From positions 32,001 to 96,000 of IMG/VR virus record IMGVR_UViG_3300027769_000875: a DNA stretch of 64,000 bases. One strand, 5' to 3'. The notes under the pieces were generated by a model. The model made no database searches. It worked only from the letters and a program-made list of their open reading frames with translations, and was not told the origin of the DNA. The position numbers and the translations under genes were made by a program. Origin of the DNA: a virus. Below, piece after piece: positions 9,383 through 21,300 of this stretch (its first letter is position 1; every line of letters starts with the position of its first letter).

Positions 9383-12300
9383 TTAACAGTTATTTTCATC
9401 TGTTGGGTCAATACTTGGTCTATTATTAGGTTTAATAATAGTCCTGTTCTGAGCAGCAAGAGCAAGTATGGCTTTTCTATTGCCATCTTCTTCACCCCAC
9501 ATCATCCTCTTATTTGTCGTCAAAGATATGATAGTATTTTTAGATGTCACTATGTATTCTGAATCTTTATAGTCTACTATCTTAGCAACCATATCAAGTG
9601 CTTTCATGTTTGCTTCAGCCACTGATATTTTAGATTTTACACCTTCTAACAATGGATTGTAAAGTTGCCATGTACCATTTGCGTTTTGCTGAGTAACAAT
9701 GTAAGTTGTGCCCTTATAATTAACATACCTTCCTCGTTGTATCTCAGGAACTTTTGGCGCATTTTCAGGTTGTGGATTCTTGCCTAATATGTTCATAAGA
9801 GCTGCAAGAGAATTTTCACCAGCATCTATCTGACTCTGGCTTACACCAGTTTCTTGATCTATACCTTCTTGTAAAACACCTGGATCATTCTTTTTTAATT
9901 GTGATTCAGAAATACCATCTGTGATAACAACATTCTCAGTAGGTTTTTTAGTCGCATCTGGTTTTTTGTTTTCATCCTTTACATCAGTCCCAACTTTTTC
10001 ACCAGCATTAGTGTCAACAATATTTGTGTTGAATACAATTGATTCTTTCTTATCTATGTATCGCTTGTATGTTTCAGCATTCTCTGTACTAAACGCAATT
10101 GGACTAAGTGCCTCTGAAGCATACTGTGATGGTATCACTTTATACTTGGCAAATGTTCCTATGTTTGAGAAGGTTGTTGTACCCATGATTGAGTCATACA
10201 AGTTTGATCCAATTGATTTTCCTTTAGAAGCATTGTTATCAATACCTTGTAGCACATACGTATTTAAACCAATGCGCATAATGCTTGGAAAAACAAATTC
10301 TACAGAATCAGGTTCTGTTATATCCTTTTGTATTCCAAACATTTTACCAAGTGTTATGTTGGCTTTTTGATTCTTACCAGAAAGATTGATGGTAAACTCT
10401 GAACCTAATGCATCAGCAATATTTATACGATCTACTTTTGCAAGATCTGTACCTTCAGGAAACTGTAAATCTAATGCATCAAGTACATAGTTCATTGCCT
10501 TGATTTTAGCTTCAGGTAAAGTTTCTTTTGTTGCCTCTTGCTTTTCATCTACGAATGCTTTTACAATAGGTTTTGAGAAATTTGGTTTCTTAGAATTTAT
10601 TGTAAACAATACACCCCTTGTATTATTCTTGTCTCTAAACTTAGGTATCTTTCTGTTATTGTTTTCTGATGCTGCAGCATACGCAATTTGATCAAACATC
10701 TCATCAAAGAATTTAACAACACCATCTTGTGATTTTTCACCAGTGTAGTTTAGCATGAATGATTTGAAATCTTCTTCAAAGTTTTTACTCTGAACAACTG
10801 ACTCAATACCTTGTATGAACTCATCAATATAACCTGATAGTGGAACTTTTAATTCTGCTGGCATATACGCCATAAATGATCCTTCTTTATACTGCAATCC
10901 TGTACGTACAAGGTCATGATAGAATAGACTTTTAACAAATTGTCTCTCATCTGTACCTCCTTGGTTGTATAAAAATGCAATATCGTCAGCTATCTTGCTT
11001 GCGTAATCACCTTTGACTTTGGCTTTGCTTATCATTGATATAAATCTTTCGCTTATACCTTGATAGCTTTTACCATTAAACAACACTGTTGCTGTGTTCT
11101 TTGATTCAGATTGACGTAGTAACTTCAAGAACTCATTGTCAGGATATTTTTCTCTAAATCTTTCTACCTGTGTAAACAAGTCATTCGTAAACCAGTACTC
11201 AGGAGTAAATGTTCTAAGTATTACCTCATCATCGTTATCTAACAATGATTGAATTGCTGGATTATTTACTTTTCTAGAACCAGGATAAGTCATTTTAAAC
11301 TTATTCAATGCCAAGAAGCTTGTAAGTGTATTTGAAATAGTCTTTGGATCTTCAAAGTATCCTTTAAACGCTGTTGTTATAGGCATAAAGAATGGCGTTC
11401 TCTCTAAGAATATTTTAGAGAACTGTTCATTAGCATCATCTAATGCCTCACTAAGAATTGACCATACTTGATTATCTCCAAATAAATCAGCTGCAGACTC
11501 TTTATCAAAAAGCTTTTCTTCATCTTTTAACTCATTGATGTTATCGCGCATTTTATCAAATGCTACAAGACTTGGATTAAGACGCTTGAATAAGTTGGTA
11601 ATACTTGCAGCTCTATTGATGGCCCATGTTTGTTGTGCTTGCTTTGCATAGTATAAAAGAAGAACAATCTTCATTTCGTTTTCAGTCAATGGTTGATTAT
11701 TATCATCATATACCATTTCAAAACCAATTGCAGATGGTGTAAGTTGATTGTTTTTCAAAGCATACAAACTCAGCTTTTTAGGTGCAAAACCAATCTTAAT
11801 CTTAAGTGGGTTATCTAAAATAACCATATCCTTAAATGACTTTGGTGTAACAACACCAGCAGCTTTCAATCTATTAAGAGCTGACTCATCTTTTTCAATA
11901 AGATCAGCAAGTTGTTCTTTTACAGCAGAGTTGTAAAACTTGTAATCTTGTTCTAAGTCTTCTGACAACGCAAACTGTGATTGCTGTACTGCTAATGCAG
12001 CCTGGCGCACTTCAGGTAAGAAGTTAAATGCTAACGCAAACTCAGGATCCAAACCAACACCAATCATTGCAAGTGTGGTACTTGCGTTTACTTCATTCAT
12101 TTGAAGAGCTGCAGGAATAGGATCTTTAGCACCATCAGCAAACATACCAAGTATATTACCAATGATTGCAATAACTCTTTGATCCTTTTCATTCATTTGA
12201 CCAAACGTATCCTTCAGTACAATTCTTCCTTCAATTGTTTGATAAGCCCATACAATTGCTTTATCAGATAGTTTTAGGTTATACTGACTAGCCAATGACA

Positions 12301-15300
12301 AAAACTTATTCATTACTGCTGTACGCCCAATACCATCCTTGTTCATGTTGTTTTCTACCTTAGACTCAATCATGTTGGTAGGAGTAAACAAGTTGGATTT
12401 TTTTGTAATCGCCTTGAGATCAATTCCAAATGCAGAAAGAATATCTTTAAACTCTTGTGTTGATGATCTTTGATTTATGTACAAGAAATTAAACACAGCT
12501 TCATTTGCGAGTATTTGCAAGCTTGCAGCAAGGTTTTTGTTCTGGTACTTTGGTGAAACCATTTCTGAAAAACCTATTTGAGAAATGTACTGTGATACAT
12601 TACTTGGTATACCATACTTAGCAAGTGTATCCATGATTGCTTGGTACTCAAATACAGAGTCCAAGTAGTTAAGCAATTCTTTTGTTTGACGTTGTTTTCT
12701 TACAGACTCTTTTCTTATTGCTTTAAGATCGCCTAGCTCTTTACCATAAACATTGCGTGTCTTTGCAAGTTCTCTATTTTCTGGATTTTGCTCAGCTATC
12801 TCTTTTGCTTTTACATATAACTCTTTAGATTCTTTTGTAAGTTCAAACATGTAGTTTGTAAAATCTAACTGTTCTGTATATTTAGATTTCAAAGCTACTT
12901 GTGTAAATGCACCTCTGAATTTTTCATCACCAAATCCTAATGCTTCCATTACTTCAAATAATGGACCCTCACCTGGCATTTCTATTGTACCTTCATTTAT
13001 AAGTTCTTGCTTACGTTGTTTTATAGCTGGTGCAATGTCCTCATGCTTAGCCATGTAATGCATAAACTCAATAAACTCACCAACTTCAGGGTTTTCATAT
13101 ATACTGTAATCACCATACAAAGAATAGTTTCCTTTACCATTCTTGTAGTATGACATCATTCTACCAAACAATGAGTCAATGTCAAAGTCAGATCCTGCTA
13201 ACAAGTGTACAAAATGTGGTACAATAATGTTATTCATTTTAGAAGAATCAGTAAAGTCAACGACCTTGAGAGCAATCATTGAACGTTTATCTTCTGTAGG
13301 AATACGTACACCAAACATTCTGGTTAAGTTATCCATGTAGAATTGTTCTTGCTGTGCATTCTCAAAGAATGGTTTAGGTACAATTGCTTCTACATAATAT
13401 AACTTTGTTCCATCTGCTTGTTCTTCAACACTAATACCAAGTGGTCTTGAGCTGTATCTTGCAGTGTTTTCAAATTCTTTTGGATTTTCTCCAATCTCTT
13501 GTGTAGTTACTACTCTATTTTCTTGAGTATCAAACAACACATTATAACCAAATGAACTTTCATGGAAGTTTTTAAATCCTGAAACCTTTTCATCTGTTAC
13601 GTTTTTACTATACTGAGCTAACAAGTAGTACTCAAGAGTAGATCGTATTAGACTAAGATTTGGACTAAATACTGGTGTACCATCTGGCTTAACAGCAAAC
13701 ATGTCAAGAATATTCTTTGGCGCATTCTGCTGTTGTAAACTATCACGTATCATTGTGAAAAGTTTACCCATATCAAAGTCATCACCTTTTCTGAGAACTT
13801 GAGTAAAGTATAATAACCTTGCTTTTGTTGCCTGGCGTAATGATAATTGATAATCATTAAGTGCAGTTTTTATATTCTGCATTGCAATGATGTCACCTTC
13901 AGAAACTGTTCTTCCTGTTTTACGTACTTCTGTTTCAATTATCTTTCTGAATTCTTCCTCATTAATGTTTGCAGGAAGTAAAAGTTTTGATTGCACAGAG
14001 TGCTTAGCTTTATCTTTAACACCACTTGTTTCAACCTGCAAATACTTTGCACTATTTGGAACATCAAGTGCTGCCATTTTTAAATTAATATACCCATCTT
14101 CTGTTCTTTCTGAGAAGAATACATCTATTGGCAGTAACGTAGCGTTTTTAGATGCAGTAGTATCCATCAACTGATCAATTTGGAAAAGCTCCATTGAGTT
14201 GAGAATATTATGCATCATCTCGCGATGTGGCATTGCTCTATAGTAAGAGTGTATGTCTCTATACAAATTCTGAATCTCAATATCAATTTTGGTTATTTGA
14301 TTTTTAGCATCTGGCATTTCTGCTGCTAATTCACGATCCTTACGTAAATCATAAACCGCCATATATAGTCCATGCAACTCATCATACACACGGGCAGTTG
14401 CATCATCAATTGACTCATCATTTTGAGGTGCAATATCAAGAATGCTTACATCTGTTCTGTCAATATAACTTTCAGATTGTTTGTGATAAACATTACGATC
14501 TGCTGTGATTGTTTTCTTGGCATTATTGACAATCTTCATTGACTCAAGGTATCGCGCTTCATCTTGCGTAATTGCTCTATAATGTTTAGCAATTAGAATG
14601 TACAAACCACGATCATCTAATCTACCAAGTGTATCATGCATATCAATTTGGTGCATCAATGATGAAATACTTTGACCATCAAAGATTTCACGCATCATGT
14701 CTGCCCATTTTACCACACGTCCATTAACATTTTCAACTGTGTTACCTTTTGCTTTTTCAAATCCTTCTAGTAACTCCTCACGAATATTATTATTAGGAAT
14801 TGTAAAGTCACTTTCAATTTGCTCTGCATTAAAGTATGGGCCATACTGAGGAAACTCTTCATGAATAAATGCTGTAATTGTATTCATGTATGCAACCTTG
14901 TGTGTTCCATTTTTCATATTAGAACCACTTGCCACAATTTTCTTTAAACGTTTGACATAGTCTTGAGCATTCTTTACGTTCAACGCCATGTCACCATCCA
15001 TTAACTGATTTAAATGAAGACCATTTCTCCAGTTATTCATGAACATGTCAAACAGCAATTTTTCAATTGGTTCAATTGCTGAAGCTTCATTAGTACCATG
15101 TGGCGTTCCATATGCATCTGTAAGTGAACGCTTGGCAAATCCTTCTTTTACAGATGTTGGTAGCATACTTGAAGAATAATACTCAGCTGGTAACAATGCT
15201 GCAACAGCTGGTCTTATTTCAGCCTTTTTATCTTTTTCATTAATAGGAAGTTTCTCTATTAAACCAAGTGTTTCAAGTTTTTCCAAGTATGTTTGGAACT

Positions 15301-18300
15301 CTTTCTGTGCGTAGTCATTTAATGCTGAAAGTAAGTCCTGCATGTCTATCTCTTCAAACGCAACTTGCTTTTTAGCCAAGTCAATTAAATCATCTCTGAG
15401 AGATTGATTATTTGGATCATCAAAGAAATCTTCCAGTATATTAAATCTATAAGCTCTTAAACTTGAGTCATCAACATTTGCTGTTACATTATCATCTTGT
15501 AGTACAGCATTGTATTTATTAATAAGGTCATTGCTTTTACCATTTTCAAAGTTAGCCTTCAAGTCAAGTCTACGATTCCATTCGCGAGATGCTCTATTAT
15601 ATTCTTGATTTACAATAGCAACAAGATCCTCAACTATTTTAAGATACTTTCCTTGATAAAGTAATTGACCTTTGTCATTGGTTTGTTTTGCTTCTTTTGA
15701 AGTAAATGGTTGGTATAATGCAGATATCAAAAAGTTTGTAGACGTAGCCTCTAACTGATGGAATGACCTTAAGTATGTAGATATTTCATTACCACCCTTA
15801 TCACGTAATACCTTTTTATCCATAAATGCAAGTACCTGCAGCATGTGCAAAGATCTTTCATCAACAGATTTAAAAGTTTGTCCTTTTTTAGTGACATCAC
15901 CAATACGTTGTTGTACACCACCAAACATTGCTACAGTAAAGTTGTCCAAAAACAATTGCATTTTTACACTATCTTCATTAGCTTCTCCTCTTAAGATTGG
16001 ACCAAGCAATGCATTGTCTTCAATGAATGCTCTTAATGTATTTTCAAAGTATGGATCATCAGCTAATGCTTCTTCTAATGTCATTGTATTCAAACGCTGA
16101 CCAAGCAATAATAATGGATTGTACTTTGTAAAACGATAGATTGGCTTACCTTCAGCATTTTTTACAACACTTGGTATTTCTGTTGGATCATACTTTACAA
16201 CATACGCTGATGCTTTTTTAAGAATAGTAAGCAATCGCTTTGCATCTTTGTTTCTAGACTTCTCATCATCAAGTATATTTCTGATTCCACTGTTTGGTTT
16301 ACCACTTTCAAGATAAGATGCATCTAAAACAATCTTCAAACTTCTGAAAAAGTCTTTTTCCAAATACTGCTCCTGACGTACAAAGTCCTCATTGACATCA
16401 TAAAACTTTTGCAGTCTCATATCAACATCAAGATTAATGTTGTTTTCAACTTTGTTTATGCCCATCAATGACAATCTTACTAATGATTTTGGAACTCTCA
16501 TTCCAATTGTAATCATAGCATTATGAATCTCATTGGTAAGTTTTTCTAACTTCATTGTTTGACCAACCATTCCATCAAGAATATCTGGTGCAGTCATAAA
16601 GTTTGTGGCAAAGTTTTTAAGATACTGAACTGCCTGTTTAAACTCATCATTATTTGCATCTGTTGAATGCTTCTTGATGAATCCTGAAATAATATCGTTA
16701 CGCTTTTTGGTAACGTCTGCATCAACAACTTTATCAAATACCCTAAAGTTTACAGACTCAGAACGTAATAATTCTTCTCCAGATGTAATATCCTCCATGT
16801 TAATTTTACGTGGAGTGGATACATTGAACATTACATTATTTAATTCAACACCATGTAGTACTTCTACAATAAGATTTAGTAATTGCTTATTGGTTTGTGC
16901 AACACCATTTGAATCTGCTTTTGTACGTGTTTGTATTTCATTAAAGATTACTTGAAGATCTTTTCCTACTTGAGCATATCCATCCTCAATCATTTGTTCT
17001 GACATAACGCCAATACTATCAATGATATTTTTTGGATTAATACCAGCTGTTATTTTTAAAAGTGTAGGAAACAATACTTGTCCATCAATCATGCGTGGAA
17101 AGTATATTCCATTCTTTTCATCAAACTGATCACTTCTTAGAGTAGAAAAGAATCTTCTTATTTGAGCTACATAAGAATCCATACGATTGTATTCTGCCAT
17201 TCCAGAATCAAAGTCATTGCTTTCTAATTCTTCTTGTGCAGATACACGCTCATCATCTTGTACCTCATTTGCATTATCGCCATTAAATGTATCTTCTACT
17301 TCTTCTGAGTCTAATGTATACTCATCATTTTCTCTTGCTATCTGTACACTGTTTGCTTTAGTATATTTATCTTTTACTAATCTTCTCAATGTTTCAAAAG
17401 AATACTGACCCATTGTGTTGTCTATAACTTCGCCATTGATCAATCTTATCTTGTTTAAGTTAGCCTTGTTGTCATACTTTGAATCACCAGTAAGATTGAT
17501 ATCATTAACGTTCAAGCCCTTCATTCTTGCACCAAGAATAAATCTGTAAGATGATATTAATGGGCCATAGTCCTTTTCAATCTGCTCTCTTGCTGCAGGA
17601 TTTTGTGCAACAAGTTTTTCCATGCTATAAACTTCATTTAGAATTTTATCTGCAGCACGTTGGAATTTAGTTTCAAAAGTATCTGACTGAACTGCATCCT
17701 GGAATATAACACCAACCATCATGTCAATCAGTTGGTTTTGTTCAGAAACGCTGAGTGTAGAGTTTTTCTTTTCTACATTGCCTTGCTCATTGTTGTTGTA
17801 TTTTACAAGACCATCAATAAGTTCATATGCAACTTGACCATTGAACACGTCAGATTTAATTGTTGCTGTTTTGTAATATCCAGTTTTTACACGGTCATAC
17901 ACAGCTTCTATCTGAGTTCTGTTTTTGACAAAAAAGTTGAGCAACTTTTTAAGCATCTCAAAGAATCTTTGTAATGCTGTTTTAGGTTTTGCTTTTCTTT
18001 CTTTGCTCATGTATTTTTGGAAACCATCAGCAAGTATCTCTTCTGCTACTAGTTCAGCAAGTGTATCGTAGTTTGTAATAGATAGATTTCTTACTCTTGC
18101 AAACTCTTTTAATGATAATGATGTAAAGTTGTCTGCATGCTTTGGATCATCCATTATTTGTTTAACCAATGCTTTGCGTTCTGTATCTGTTAAAAGATAT
18201 CTGAAGACACCGTGAAATGCTTCATGGTAGATTGTACCCTTACCAGTGATTGTATCATTTAGGTAAATGATTCTATCTTTAAACATCCCTAGAACTGTAC

Positions 18301-21300
18301 CATCAATTTTGGAAAGATTAATTAAATCTTTTAATGAACTTGTATCAAGTCCAAACTGAGGTAGGTTTTCTGCAAGCCATTGTGATTCTGTCAAGATATC
18401 TTGCTCAGTAGCAACTTCAATACCTGTACCTTCAGAAATAGAGAATGGAACATCATCGTCAGTAAAGTCAATTACATCATTGTCTTCATCATTCTGATTT
18501 TCGTCTGTAACATCTTTTTCTGTTTCAGCAGTATCATTTAAGACGATTGGCGTACTACTAACATTATCAGGTGTAATTTTTACAGGAGCATTTTCTTTTT
18601 CTGCAACATCATCCACAATAGCTTTATCTTCAAGTGTCTGGTCAAGATTTTCAGAAGTTTGATCAGCCATTGATACATTAACAGGAGATTTTGCAACAAG
18701 ATTAAATGATCTACGACCAGTAGACTCATACACTTTTACATTTTTCATGGATCTGTTGTATGAACTTCTAGCATCACTTTGAGTAGACAATGGTGAGTTG
18801 ATTTTCAAAACACGAACACCTTCGTCATTTTCTCTTGAGAATAAATCTTCTATTTGGAAATTTGTATATGGAGCAAAGTCTTCATTAAGTGCATCTAAAA
18901 ATTCACCATACACATTATCAGGATTGGCCTTGATGTATTTTGTAACAGCATCTAGTACACTTACAGTAAACTTTTCTTGTGCAATGGATACTTGTTGTGC
19001 TAGGTTTTTAACATTTAGAGATGCTGTTGGTAGTTTAGCTAATTCAAATACTGTTGTATAGAATTGTACCAAATCATCTGCCTTGGATAAATCTAATTTT
19101 GATAACGCAATGTTTTCTGATTTTACAATACCAACAAGAGACCCTTGCGTAAGAGCTTTTGATAATGTCATAATATCCTTTTCAGGAATTATAAAGTTAT
19201 ACGCATACTTAGAATTATCAGACTTAAGAATGATATTACCATAGCGAGAATCTTTTGCACCTCTGTATGGACGTATTTCTACTTGTAATGCTCTTCCATT
19301 TTTAATAGTAGATGTTGCAAAGTCAATCGTCAACTGTGGTTCTGCTTTACCTGGCATTCTTACAGGATCAAACTGATACATTGTCTTCTGCATTGCTCTT
19401 ATGTTTGCAGATTTATTTGCATTAGTTGGATCAATAATTGTTGCCATAGTTGTAATAAACTTGGCAAAGAACTCAGGGTTTTGCAATTGATATACCTGAT
19501 CAACAATAGCATAAGAGATTTCACCAGTAGATGGAAACTTCAATACAAAATGCATTGTCTTTTGAACACGTGTTAATGGTTGATTTGTTTTCATCAACTC
19601 AGTCAATCGTGAATCCTCTTCTTGAAATAATGTTTTTACCTTTTCATTTAAGTTAAGAACATCATCAATATACGTTTTCTCAGTAACAAGTTTAACTTCT
19701 CCATCTGGCATTGTTACTTTGATTCTTTCATTGGCTGCTAAAAAGGTAGAACTAACATAGTTAATGGTAGCAAACTTTGGATCAAATGTTTTGTAAAAGT
19801 AAAAAGGTAACTTACGTTCCTCTTCAGATACTGCATCTCCCTTTGCATCAATCTGCACTACTGTTACTGTCTGACTAAATTGAGGATTCTTTTCTACAAG
19901 CTCTTTAAGAGTTGTCTTTACAGGTTCTGAAGAACGCGTGTTTGTAAAGTCATACATCTGTAAGAAGTCATCAGTAACATCAACTGATGTCCCTACATTA
20001 AATGCTTCTTCAATCTTAGCTGCTATCTTGTCTTTAAATTCTTGATAGAGTTTTTGAGAAGCAACAATGGAAAGAATGTCAGAATTATTTAAGTCTTGTA
20101 TATTATTCCCTGCTCTTTTAATTGACATGTCCTGAAGCATCTTTAAATGTCCAGGATTTGTAAGATCAAGTTTTTCTGTAGAGTTATCGCTTGACACAAA
20201 TACAAAGTTGTCCATTGAGTATATGTAGAACTTTTTACCTGTTGCAAGTATCTCACCCACTAATGCAAAATCTTGTTCACTTGCTTTTGGTCTTGACACG
20301 GTAAGAACTTTACCATTTGGATTAGACTGAAGATATGCAACCTGAGTTGAGTTCTCAAAAGTTTCATAATCTCTTTTTGCAAGGCCTGCATATTCTGTTT
20401 CTGTAGCTGCAAGTTCTTTTAATCTTTGAACACGCATGTCACCAAAGTCACTCAGCTTAACAGCAGTGATTTTAACACCAGAAGATGGTGATGCCATTTT
20501 ATTTAATTCAGTAAGAACAGTCACATGATCTTCTGGATTGACAGCATCTATTGTTAATCCAGATGCAAAGAAGTCTTCTTTGAATACTTGCTTACCATCA
20601 TTTGAGTCAGACCAGTCAGCAGGTCTTGCTGATTTTTTTGCTATGATTGTTGCAGGATCAATTTCTGTAAGTGTTCCATCTTTCTCAATTTTATTAAGCA
20701 TGCCATCAAATTCAATAGCTTCAATCATAGAACCATCCTTCAATGTGACAAGGACGTTATCTAACTGAACAGCATCTGCAACAGAATCAATAGGAATATA
20801 ACTTGACTTAGGTTGTAAACTGTCAATGTAATCATCTATTGCAGAATACAACACTTGCTTGTATGATTCATCTGCTTTAGACAAATCGCCAATTACTCCT
20901 TTTAAGTCACCACGTATTTGGTCAATAGCATCTGTTCTATCTTCTATTGTGTCAAACTTATAAGTAGAAACATAATTTTTCAACAACTGAAGAACACCTC
21001 CAGCTTTTGTCAAATCTTGAAGAGTGATTAACGATTGCTTACTTAACTCCTCAATGACTTTTGATATGCCATCATAAGTTTGAGGTCTTGGTTTTTTTAA
21101 ATCAAAAAGCGTAAAAGCATTTGATAGATACTTTGCTGTATCATCAAACATGGAGTCTGTTCCAAGATTTATAATATCTAATCCTTTACCAATGTTGTAT
21201 TTCTCTTGATTTAAACCAGAAAGCCCATTGTATATATGGGCCATATTATGTAGAGCTAATTTCTTTTGCTCCTCTGTTAAATTTGCACTTAGAATGAATC

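Noticed and set aside
9383-9400. C-terminal NNC and N-terminal Cys as intein or trans-splicing junctions
   Set aside because: No Hint-domain blocks (TxxH, penultimate His) or intein-sized beta domain visible near any terminus.
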